A DNA stretch of 64,000 bases, from NCBI GenBank assembly GCA_950097015.1, contig CATNEN010000007.1, forward strand, positions 4,092,001 through 4,156,000, written 5' to 3'. Below the pieces are notes generated by a model. The model saw nothing but the letters and a program-made list of their open reading frames with translations. It was not told where the DNA came from and did not search any database. The stretch is from Macrostomum hystrix. Taxonomy: Eukaryota > Animalia > Platyhelminthes. Shown here piece after piece: positions 12,801-24,059 of this stretch (position 1 is the stretch's first letter; each line of letters begins with the position of its first letter). Both the position numbers and the translations under genes were made by a program.

Positions 12801-15800
12801 GCTGATGGCGGCGTCGCGAGGCTCAGCAGGGCCCGCAGAAATTCGGCGGCAGCAGCTTCGTTGAACTCCTCGCCGATGTTTTCCTCGCTTGCCAGATCAC
12901 AGTCGTCGACTCCGGCTGCCAGGCACTTGCCGAGGCTCTCCAGCATCGCTCCGTCCTCGCGCTCGAGCACCAGGTCGATTGGCGCCGCGCCGTCATCGTC
13001 GGGCCTGGCAAAATCAGCGCCGCTGTGGAGCAGCAGGACGAACAGCTCGCGCGTCTCGTTGCCGCCGCCGCCGCTGCTGGCCACGGCGTGCAACGGCGTC
13101 CTGCCGCGCCAGCCGGGCAAGTCGGCGATGTTGTCGCTGCTGCCGCCGTTGCCATCGATGCTTCTTGACTTATCGAAGCTCAGGATGATCTGGGCCAAGT
13201 CCAGCCTGGCCTCGGCGCACACTCGATGCAGCGTCGAGTCGCCGTTCGCATCGCCCAGTCGACAGTCGCCGCCGTAGCGCAGCGCCGCTTTGAAATAGGC
13301 GACGGTTTCGGGCGTTGCCGACAGGTGGACGACTGTGTCACCCGTGGCGTCCGGAATGTTAGGATTTGCGCCCTCTTCTAGCAGAGCCTGGGCATTGTTT
13401 AGGCAGTTTGGCTTTGGCTTTGGGCTCACTTTGTCTCAAAGTTTTTTTATGGAGTACCATATTTTCTCATTCTTCTCATGCTTATTTCTATCGCAAGCTA
13501 ACTGGTATGTTCATTTTTTGATTGGTCATGGGTTGTGCAGCCCTACACTTTCAATGTATGTCCACCCCACCTCCTGCTGCTTATCAAAATTTACATGCCT
13601 CAGAGAAAGAAACATTAAATGTTGTGAATGCATGCGTGCTGAGGCTCAAATAGTTCAGAGCTTTCTGAGATCTGAGTTCACAATTTTTGTGAAAGCGATT
13701 AGGGTAATCAAAGATGCTCAAAGGTAATCATATTGGCTCAAAGACACCATCATATTGGCTCAAAGACACCTATCATATTGGCTCAAAGACACCTATCATA
13801 TTGGCTCAAAGACACCTATCATATTGGCTCAAAGACACCTATCATATTGGCTCAAAGACACCTATCATATTGGCTCAAAGACACCTATCATATTGGCTCA
13901 AAGACACCTATCATATTGGCTCAAAGACACCTATCATATTGGCTCAAAGACACCTATCATATTGGCTCAAAGACACCTATCATATTGGCTCAAAGGCACC
14001 TATCATATTGGCTCAAAGACACCTATCATATTGGCTCAAAGACACCTATCATATTGGCTCAAAGACACCTATCATATTGGCTCAAAGACACCTATCATAT
14101 TGGCTCAAAGACACCTATCATATTGGCTCAAAGGCACCTATCATATTGGCTCAAAGGCACCTATCATATTGGCTCAAAGACACCTATCATATTGGCTCAA
14201 AGGCACCTATCATATTGGCTCAAAGACACCTATCATATTGGCTCAAAGGCACCTATCATATTGGCTCAAAGACAGCCATCATATTGGCTCAAAGACACCT
14301 ATCATATTGGCTCAAAGACACCTATCATATTGGCTCAAAGACACCTATCATATTGGCTCAAAGACACCTATCATATTGGCTCAAAGACACCTATCATATT
14401 GGCTCAAAGGCACCTATCATATTGGCTCAAAGACACCTATCATATTGGCTCAAAGACACCTATCATATTGGCTCAAAGGCACCTATCATATTGGCTCAAA
14501 GGCACCTATCATATTGGCTCAAATACAGCCATCATATTGGCTCAAAGACACCTATCATATTGGCTCAAAGACACCTATCATATTGGCTCAAAGGCACCTA
14601 TCATATTGGCTCAAAGACAGCCATCATATTGGCTCAAAGACACCTATCATATTGGCTCAAAGACACCTATCATATTGGCTCAAAGACACCTATCATATTG
14701 GCTCAAAGGCACCTATCATATTGGCTCAAAGACAGCCATCATATTGGCTCAAAGACACCTATCATATTGGCTCAAAGACACCTATCATATTGGCTCAAAG
14801 ACACCTATCATATTGGCTCAAAGACACCTATCATATTGGCTCAAAGACACCTATCATATTGGCTCAAAGGCACCTATCATATTGGCTCAAAGACACCTAT
14901 CATATTGGCTCAAAGGCACCTATCATATTGGCTCAAAGGCACCTATCATATTGGCTCAAAGACAGCCATCATATTGGCTCAAAGACACCTATCATATTGG
15001 CTCAAAGACACCTATCATATTGGCTCAAAGACACCTATCATATTGGCTCAAAGGCACCTATCATATTGGCTCAAAGACACCTATCATATTGGCTCAAAGG
15101 CACCTATCATATTGGCTCAAAGACACCTATCATATTGGCTCAAAGACACCTATCATATTGGCTCAAAGGCACCTATCATATTGGCTCAAAGGCACCTATC
15201 ATATTGGCTCAAATACAGCCATCATATTGGCTCAAAGACACCTATCATATTGGCTCAAAGACACCTATCATATTGGCTCAAAGGCACCTATCATATTGGC
15301 TCAAAGACAGCCATCATATTGGCTCAAAGACACCTATCATATTGGCTCAAAGACACCTATCATATTGGCTCAAAGACACCTATCATATTGGCTCAAAGGC
15401 ACCTATCATATTGGCTCAAAGACAGCCATCATATTGGCTCAAAGACACCTATCATATTGGCTCAAAGACACCTATCATATTGGCTCAAAGACACCTATCA
15501 TATTGGCTCAAAGACACCTATCATATTGGCTCAAAGACACCTATCATATTGGCTCAAAGGCACCTATCATATTGGCTCAAAGACACCTATCATATTGGCT
15601 CAAAGGCACCTATCATATTGGCTCAAAGGCACCTATCATATTGGCTCAAAGACAGCCATCATATTGGCTCAAAGACACCTATCATATTGGCTCAAAGACA
15701 CCTATCATATTGGCTCAAAGACACCTATCATATTGGCTCAAAGGCACCTATCATATTGGCTCAAAGACACCTATCATATTGGCTCAAAGACACCTATCAT

Positions 15801-17343
15801 ATTGGCTCAAAGGCACCTATCATATTGGCTCAAAGACACCTATCATATTGGCTCAAAGACACCTATCATATTGGCTCAAAGACACCTATCATATTGGCTC
15901 AAAGACACCTATCATATTGGCTCAAAGACACCTATCATATTGGCTCAAAGGCACCTATCATATTGGCTCAAAGGCACCTATCATATTGGCTCAAAGGCAC
16001 CTATCATATTGGCTCAAAGACACCTATCATATTGGCTCAAAGACACCTATCATATTGGCTCAAAGACACCTATCATATTGGCTCAAAGGCACCTATCATA
16101 TTGGCTCAAAGACACCTATCATATTGGCTCAAAGACACCTATCATATTGGCTCAAAGACAGTCACTAAATACAGCGCAATTCATACTACTGACCAGCCAG
16201 AGTAGTATTGAAGCAGGTGCTAGCAGTTAATTAAACAATTTTGAAAAAGCTGCAGTTTTGGGCGAATCCGCTAATCACGTGAAAGGCTGCTGGCGGGGAA
16301 GCCTTGTCGGGCAAAACGTGGAGGGTGGAGCTGTCTGTCAAGTTAATGAGGGAGGCGTGGATCAATGGGAAAGTGGGAATTAGCGAGCTGGTGTGCTCAG
16401 CTAAGCCACGGTTGAAAAGCCCGCATAGTCAGGTGGGTGGCAATTTTCATAAACATCAAGTAGGACTTTCCTGAGTTTCTCTTGAGTTGTATCTGCACGA
16501 GGCGGGCCAGCTCTCTGTCTGCGATGCGGATGTACTTTTAAGATTTCATTGTCGCGAGACGTTCTGTTTAAACCGGGATCAGAGGAACTCTAAGTGAATT
16601 TTGCTGTTGACTACAGCGAGAGTTGTAGCCGAGTGGTCAGAGCATCGGACTCACGACTTGAAGGCTGGCCGGGGTTCGATTCCCGACTCCACTGGAAAAA
16701 TTTGTGTCCTTTAGCAATACAGTTAACTCTGCGTTGCTTCAGCTCACCCAGCTGTTAAATGGGTAACCAGCATCAGCTGGGGTAATTGAGGTGGGTGTGG
16801 CGTCCCACCAGTCCATGGACTGAACAGCCGTACGCAGCCTTCAGACGCGCCGCGCAATGGCTGTGGCTGTGCTGTCAGCTGTAAATGTAGGCCACTTAGG
16901 GCAGGCGTAATCATTTGTTATTATTTTATATTATTTATATTATTGCTGTTGTTGTTCTTGACTACAAGGGTGTCTCCATACTATCTGTGGTCGTGAGTTC
17001 GAATTCACAACGACTTTAGCCTCAGCCCAGGTTTCAAGCCCAATGAGTTTCTGACCTCAAAGCAGGCCAGACTGGCGTGCCTCAGCGCCAGGTGCAGCGC
17101 CGTGTTGCCCTCCTTGTCCAGCGCGTTCAAATCGCCGCCAAATCGCGCCACCAGCCTGATGACGTCAGAGCGCAGGTTCCTCGGACAGGTGGCCTCGTGT
17201 ACCAGTAGCGTCCCGGAGCCAGCGTCGACCAGCAGGTTAGCCGACTGGCCTGCTGAGAACTGACGCTCGAGATCCGCCAGGTCCAGCGAGTGATAGGATG
17301 GGCGCTTCTGCTGACGCTGCTTCCGCTGCTGCTGCTGCTGCTG
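9848..17343 (-). CDS. Ankyrin-repeat TRP-type cation channel with TRPM-like MHR4, S1-S6, TRP helix and coiled coil; 5'-incomplete, at least 1068 aa; exons 17343-17056, 13387-12368, 12195-11517, 11401-11157, 10822-9848
   Basis: All junctions are GT-AG and phase-compatible (0,0,1,0). Ankyrin motifs GNTALHLA, GDTVVHL, GDSTLHRV, GRTPLHAV. TRPM-like LIVWSALSGR, DPIPLGLLAARLVRGLA, YGGYSVLDLA...WRG. S1-S2 FFSSLGRPSWRFRLHLL...PGPAELACY...VEAVRE. S4-S5 HWLRLLRLL...LGRHLLLIGALLRRD. TRP domain WLIERHRL...WPPPFNLL. No Met precedes the ankyrins, so a further 5' exon is needed; 20997-20938 (MLKSILISKLIFSAIHLRWE, GTAACA donor) is phase-compatible but unproven. Confidence 0.85.
10871..11140. repeat. 21-bp intronic minisatellite TAATCTGAGTCACTGGATTGC, 12 copies plus one degenerate
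   Basis: Units start at 10871, 10892 ... 11102; lies in the last intron of the channel gene. Confidence 0.97.
13729..16160. repeat. 23-bp intronic minisatellite ATCATATTGGCTCAAAGACACCT, ~105 copies
   Basis: The 23-aa periodicity in all three + frames equals 3x23 nt. Variants GGCACC, GACAGCC, TACAGCC. Confidence 0.98.
16617..16955 (+). mobile_element. tRNA-derived SINE with CORE-like central domain, apparently full length
   Basis: A box TAGCCGAGTGG (16626), B box GGTTCGATTCC (16673), then TGTGTCCTTTAGCAATACAGTTAACTCTG...CTTCAGCTCACCCAGCTGTTAAATGGG resembling the MIR/CORE consensus; TTA/GTT-rich tail; related copies elsewhere in the window. Confidence 0.8.
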
Positions 17344-17404
17344 CTGGGGAATAGAATGCGATGAGCTTGAATGATTGCCTGCTAACCGGACAGCCAGCTC
17401 CGGG

Positions 17405-17499
17405 TGCGATTCTGATTTTAGCTCCTGCTGCGATTCTGGTTTTAGCTCCTGCTACGATTCTGGTTTTAGCTCCTGCTACGATTCTCGATCCTGCTACGA
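17405..17499. repeat. 24-bp repeat (minus strand GAATCGYAGCAGGAGCTAAAACCA), ~4 copies
   Basis: Read directly; in frame with the first identified channel exon. Confidence 0.8.
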
Positions 17500-18212
17500 T
17501 CCTTTCTGTACCCCTGGCTCTGATCTCCAGCAGTTTTGCCAGGGTCTTGTCGAAAAAACTGCTTTGTTAGCTCTGTCTACTTTGAGAGTGGTTGAAGTTG
17601 AGCTTCTGTTGTGCAGTGGTGCCTCAATGCATATTTGCCTGTCTATTACCATTTTATCCTGTCGGCGATATTACAGTTATGCTGTGCACTTTTCCTTCTC
17701 TCGCCTCTTCTGCTGGGTAGGATTTCCCATGCAAATAATCAGATTCTCTTCCCGGGGATAATAGATGGGACTAATCCGACTAGTGTCCTCAAAGGCGGAG
17801 TCGGAGACGGTCATAAAAGAGAGAGTGAAATAGGAGGAGACAAGTTCACCAAAATTTCAAAGCTTATGCTCTTAAATAGGCCAGTCAAAGGCAGCTGGGA
17901 GCTGTTGTATTTTGCTGCCAGAGATTTTGATGGACTGTCGCTTTTCCATTAGTAGATAGTAGCCATCGTGTGTGAGGACTGTGGCTGAAGCCCACTGGCT
18001 CGGAGCATCTGATGCTCCCGGTAGTCTGGTTGAAGGAGGGTTCGCGTTCCCCTGGAGACCGGGTGGAAGGAGTTGCTGACTTAAAAAGACCGGCTCTGGC
18101 GGGAGCGGGTTGATGACATTGAAGGACCATAGAGTTGGAGTGCTGCCCATTAGAACGATTACTGGCATTAAAAGACCGGACGGAGGGAGCATGTGTTTGA
18201 CCTTGACCCAGA

Positions 18213-19324
18213 TGGAGGGGGTTGTTGATCTTGAAAGACCGGAGGGAGGAGGTTGTTGATCTTGAAAGACCGGAGGGAGGGGGTTGTTGATCTTGAAAGA
18301 CCGGAGGGAGGGCTTTTTGATCTTGAAAGACCGGAGGGAGGGCTTTTTGATCTTGAAAGACCGGATGGAGGGCTTGTTAATCTTGAAAGACCGGAGGGAA
18401 GGGGTTGTTGATCTTGAAAGACCGGAGGGAGGGGGTTGTTGATCTTGAAAGACCGGAGAGAGGAGGTTGTTGATCTCGAAAGACCGGAGGGAGGAGGTTG
18501 TTGATCTTGAAAGACCGGAGGGAGGGGGTTGTTGATCTTGAAAGACCGGGGGGAGGGGGTTGTTGATCTTGAAAGACCGGAGGGAGGGGGTTGTTGATCT
18601 TGAAAGACCGGAGGGAGGGGGTTTTTGATCTTGAAAGACCGGAGGGAGGGGGTTGTTGATCTTGAAAGACCGGAGGGAGGGGGTTGTTGATCTTGAAAGA
18701 CCGGAGGGAGGGGGTTGTTGATCTTGAAAGACCGGAGGGAGGGGGTTGTTGATCTTGAAAGACCGGAGGGAGGAGGTTTTTCATCTTGAAAGACCGAAGG
18801 GAGGGGGTTGTTGATCTTGAAAGACCGGAGGGAGGGGGTTGTTGATCTTGAAAGACCGGAGGGAGGGGGTTGTTGATCTTGAAAGACCGGAGGGAGGGGG
18901 TTGTTGATCTTGAAAGACCGGAGGGAGGGGGTTTTTTGATCTTGAAAGACCGGAGGGAGGGGGTTGTTGATCTTGAAAGACCGGAGGGAGGGGGTTGTTG
19001 ATCTTGAAAGACCGGAGGGAGGGGGTTGTTGATCTTGAAAGACCGGAGGGAGGGGGTTGTTGATCTTGAAAGACCGGAGGGAGGGGGTTGTTGATCTTGA
19101 AAGACCGGAGGGAGGAGGTTTTTCATCTTGAAAGACCGAAGGGAGGGGGTTGTTGATCTTGAAAGACCGGAGGGAGGGGGTTGTTGATCTTGAAAGACCG
19201 GAGGGAGGGGGTTGTTGATCTTGAAAGACCGGAGGGAGGGGGTTGTTGATCTTGAAAGACCGGAGGGAGGGGGTTTTTGATCTTGAAAGACCGGAGGGAG
19301 GGGGTTGTTGATCTTGAAAGACCA
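18213..19324. repeat. 31-bp G-rich minisatellite GATCTTGAAAGACCGGAGGGAGGGGGTTGTT, ~36 copies
   Basis: 31-aa periodic ORFs on the minus strand; direct reading. Confidence 0.97.
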
Positions 19325-21795
19325 TGGAGTTTGAATTTAAGCCTGGAAGAGAGATCTGCTGACATTGAAATATTGACAATGGATAGCTTTTGCATTAAGC
19401 AAAAGATATTTGAGGTCGTCCAAAGAAATTAAAATACTAAAATCTTCACTATTTTCCCATCCTTCATCTTCAATCAAAGGTAAATGAACTGTTTTTTAGT
19501 CCCACAATCAGATAAATTGAACTCGATAATGTTGCGTTGAAGCAACTAAGTGGCAATCTCCGAACTGCTTTCCTAAAAACCCTCACCTAGGCTGAAACAT
19601 CCGGCTTCTAGAAGCAGGTCTTTTCGAATGTTTTCTGAAATGAAATTAACATTAAAACTATCTGAGTACCACAATCAGCGAGACTCACCGTCGTAGCACC
19701 GTCTAAGATGGGATTTTTCTCCCCTCCTGGTTGCATTCTTTTTCCCCGCTGCGTTTTTTCTGAGAACTTTTTTCAGCCGTTATTCGCGAGAATCCGAGCA
19801 GTGAGCGCAGTGTCCAGACCAATATGGACGGCAGCGGGTGGGGTTGAAGAGGGTGTATCTGGGGGCCGCGGATTGAAGGCCAAAGACGGTGCCAAAGCAG
19901 GGACCAGATGCAATTAACGCGCCTGGTATGAAGCACTCAGGCCTGGGTTTCAGTGAGAGGCGAGGCCAGAGAGGAGAAAGGAAGGCTGTGCTGAGAGCTT
20001 TACTGGTCAGGTCGGGAGTGGCTGAGCGCCCACCCCACCCGCCACTCCCTTGTTCAGGTCGAGCTGATAAGATAGCCGGGGATTCGCTGAGTCTCCGTGC
20101 TCAGCCTCCGCTCCCCAACCCGCCCGTGGCTTTGAGTCGCTGAGATGCTTTGAGTCCAACAAAATCGGCCTTCAATTTGCCACACGGGCTGGCTGGGGAG
20201 GGGGATGGATGAAATCCGACCCGGCGTGAGGAAACGGGCCGACAAACGCGGGCGCTATGGAAAGTCGCAAAACGAAACCTGGCCGCCAAATCCACTCTCG
20301 ATTCGCCCTCGCAGGGATTCAGGAACAGCGCTTGACCTTTAGATTTGAGTTCAGCTGTCCTTCATCACTAACTTTGCATTAGCAAGTTTTACATATGCTG
20401 CAAACTCAAATTAATCACTTTAATTACTATGGCAACTGTTTTCAAAGCTGCTCATGTTCTCATATCAGTCACGCGCTTTGCCTGGCTTTTTAAGCTAGAA
20501 ATTACATTAATTGGCGCGCACTGACTGGGCAGAATTGCCTCCTTGCTGGCTGCAGGTCTAGTGTCACCAAGTGATGTGCCATTGCTTACAACCCTCCTGC
20601 AAGTATTAGTATTAATATTTTGTACTTATCTATTACGAGTTGCTTTTTATATTTATAATTCGAATAGATCTCCATATTTCTTTGACAGTTCAATACGCAT
20701 TAAACCTCCTGTATGGCCCCTGAATCTGCTATTCTGCTCCAGTTCTAGAAGTCCACGATGCGGCGGATGTTTCGCCACATTTAGGATTTTTTCTTTTTGC
20801 TACTTAAGGGTGGCAAAAGAAAGCAAGAGTGACAAAGAGAAGGCCAAATGCAGGCCTGTGCTAATCCTGTGCAGGCTGCTTTGATCTTGCTTTGAGAAGC
20901 TGTTTTTTCTGCACGCCCGACTCTTTCCTGCTGTTACCTCCCAGCGCAGGTGAATCGCGCTGAAGATGAGTTTAGAGATGAGAATGGATTTGAGCATGGC
21001 AGCTAATATTGAGTCAGTATAGCTAGGTTTAGCTGTGCCTTGATTTCCAGCTCACAATGAAAGCTGATTGTTGAATAGATCCGGAGGCAAAGGCTCCAGT
21101 TTTGAAAAAAACTATTTACTCATTGATGCCGTGCTAGAAAAATTCAAACCGAAGCTAATATCGCAATTGTATTTTTCATTGAATTAAAATTTACTCACTC
21201 AAAATAGTTTTTACTATAATATAACACTTTATTGGCCTCCAATCCATCTCATCCTGATGTAGCAATAACTGCATTTGATACGAGACTGGGAAATTCGATA
21301 TTCTTTTTTACTGATCTAATGAAGAATTTTGCATTTGTAACTTTCACTACATATTAATCACAGGCTGTAAAGATGACAGCCTCAGTGCGGCCACGTGCCC
21401 TGGGGGTGGCCCCTTGCATGTAGGGGTTTTCTACAAGGCTGTCTAAAAATAGCAACAACTAAAAGCTATGTATGCGGGCGACCTTGCGAATCACGCAAGT
21501 CAAGTATTGCTTATTGGCTCAGAGCTGTCACGTGATACCGTTTGTAATTTCGTCCGATATCACAACGTACACTGTCTTTAATTGCTTCGGTCTTTAATCG
21601 AATTAAACAAGTTAATGAACATGCAAGTGGAGCATTAGACTCAAAATTTACGTGAGTTTTTAATCCAGTTCCTTTCAAACCCACTGTTATTCTCATGACA
21701 GCCAAAAAAGAATTCTAATCCAAAAAACACGAAAACAACATTTTGATCATCTGAATGCCCTTACCTAAAAACACAGGTGTGTATTGCATAATAAG

Positions 21796-21836
21796 AGTAT
21801 AACCACAGAATACACAGTGTATTCTGTGAGTATAAC
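21796..21836. mobile_element. Minimal DNA-transposon remnant or footprint: 12-bp perfect inverted repeat with 1-nt spacer, flanked by an 8-bp direct repeat
   Basis: AGTATAAC-CACAGAATACAC-A-GTGTATTCTGTG-AGTATAAC. Confidence 0.65.
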
Positions 21837-23158
21837 AGCAGTTGCACCAGGTGTTCGATGAAGATAACACTGCGTTAGAATATTATTAATATGCTACATA
21901 TACCTGAATGCAAGCGACAAGCCTTCCTCAGACTAATACCCTGGCTTAATCACCCTTCGCTCTGCAACTCATCCATGTAACCAACCCCCGCCCAACGGTG
22001 TGTCGCGATTGCAACACGAAGGCACGAAGGTATTATATAATCTAGATATGCATTGATGCTCGCAACCCTCATTGCGGATTCTAATAATGGCCTGCGGCAA
22101 AGCAGCCAAGGGAATGAAATAAATATGCATCGATAAAGGGAATAATAGTACTAGCTCAAATAGAGCACACTAGGAGAATGGGCAGCTATATATGTATAGG
22201 CTGAGAATATTGTAGGAGCAGAATTAGCAGGGAAGCAGCAAGGCAGTTGCAAGCATGCGGTTTTCGTTGCGAAAGTAGCGGTTCTTTTGTCTTGTATCGA
22301 TGCTAAACAAAATCAGTACTTAGATTTTGGCTAAAAATACATGATATCGAAAGAAAAATAAAACTGAGTGCATGAATTTTGTTGCTGAAATTGCATTTTT
22401 TCTTGCAAATTTACCAATCCATGTACTCGAATTGCAGAGAACCACAAGTAATCATCAAGAATCTGCATAAATTAGCAGCGTGTCAATTTACTCAAATTAT
22501 GTAATTTAAATTATTAATTAATATTATGCAGAGACTCAAGTTAGTTAGCCAACTCAAATGAGTCATTTTATGATTGTTAGGTGTCCCTAAAACTATAAGT
22601 TCACTAGTCTAAGTAGGGTTTCTTGCGCTGCCATAATTCTTTGATCGATGGAGCAAACCATGCAGCCAGCTACCACTTAGCTGTAGTAAAACCATACAGT
22701 CGCACTACTACTAGTTTAGTTATACTACAGACTACAGTGCACCTTGAAACGAAGCTGCTCCGCACACAATAGATTCACATATCAGTCAAAATTCAAACCT
22801 AGCCATAGGGCGCATACATTTATCAAACATCTAATAAATCATATTCTGAAAGGTAGATTCAGAATACGACTCATTCGACGAGTTTTAACATGGAGCAACG
22901 ATAGGTGACATTGCATGAGCACGAAAACGAAGTTTTCATTCGAATTTTATTATTTTTTTAGCTTTGTATTAATATTGTGCTCGCCTATTGGCCTACAAGC
23001 GTCAGTTAAGTTACATTTGTGCTATTTTCATTGTCTCTGGGACAAACACAAACGTTAAAATTTACGATTTTTTACCATACGATACGTGGTTGGAGTCTGT
23101 ATCAAACTCTCAAAGGAAATTTTCTGATTGCAGATATTTAATGCTTTAGAGGCAAAAA

Positions 23159-24049
23159 TGTGACGTCAGTTAGGTTAGATTTTGTGCAGACCAGAAACTT
23201 GCCATCTTTACAAAAATTTATAACGAAAATATATCATGCAACTATTATCTATCCAAGTCTTTATTTAGATTTATTTAGTAAGTAGATTTAATTTCTATAA
23301 TACATCTGACATTTCTGTCAATTTTCAGCTTCAGATATTGTAAATTGGAAAGTCAACCATATCAACGAAGAAATGGCGTCAGTAGGTTACACAAAAATTA
23401 ACGGACATTGAATTCTTGTTCTCGGGTGCGGATTTCTTGTTGGAATCCCAAGACGAAGCATGATTAAAAATTTCAGATTCTTAGCTTTCTAAATTCCATG
23501 CACAATTGTGCAAAGCTCATCGTTTTAGTATCAGAAAGTTCAATTGAAAAACCAGTGCATACGTACGGACATATGTAATTAGCATGAATCGCTACCTAAG
23601 GGAAATGTAACACACTAAAAGTGGGGAACGAACCTCGCGCTGGCAGACCGAGACCGGTTTCTGGCTTGTTTGCCTTCGTCAGTCTGCCATAGCCACACGC
23701 AGTCCTCTCCCACCACTCTTAGTGTGCACAGAAGTCTCTTTTAAGCTAGTCATTTTTATGGCGATACTTTTTTAGTGTTATGTGACAGTTTTGCAGCCAA
23801 GTCTTTGCTTTTCTACTGTTGTCAGTAGTCTGAATTGTATCTCTCGCAGGAAATTCTAGGCAAACTAAGCAAAAAGTCTTTGAAGCTTCATTTTGTGCTA
23901 AAACGTTGAAGACAATCATATATACAGTTTCTATTTCGATTTCTGTTGAAAGATCAATCTTTTTAGGAGAAAATTGCTATGGACATGTTGTTTTATTTTT
24001 GTGACGTCAGTTAGGTTACATTTTGTGCAGACCAGAAACTTGCCATCTT
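23159..24049. repeat. Pair of 50-bp direct repeats (23159-23208 and 24000-24049), one mismatch
   Basis: TGTGACGTCAGTTAGGTTA(G/C)ATTTTGTGCAGACCAGAAACTTGCCATCTT occurs twice. Confidence 0.9.
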
Positions 24050-24059
24050 GCCAAAGTTG

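Noticed and set aside
9803-13277. Numerous + strand ORFs of 100-313 aa
   Set aside because: Antisense shadows of GC-rich channel exons; no domain signal.
13714-16230. Three 811-838 aa ORFs
   Set aside because: Translations of a stop-free 23-bp unit in all three frames, inside an intron of the opposite-strand gene.
16617-16695. tRNA gene
   Set aside because: A and B boxes are present, but the acceptor and anticodon stems pair poorly and the sequence continues into a repeated SINE body.
16985-17030. B-box-like GAGTTCGAATTC hairpin
   Set aside because: No A box or cloverleaf; at most a SINE-head fragment.
18168-19395. 403, 249 and 90 aa Pro/Ser-rich ORFs
   Set aside because: Products of the 31-bp array; the unit is not a multiple of three, and single-base indels shift frames freely.
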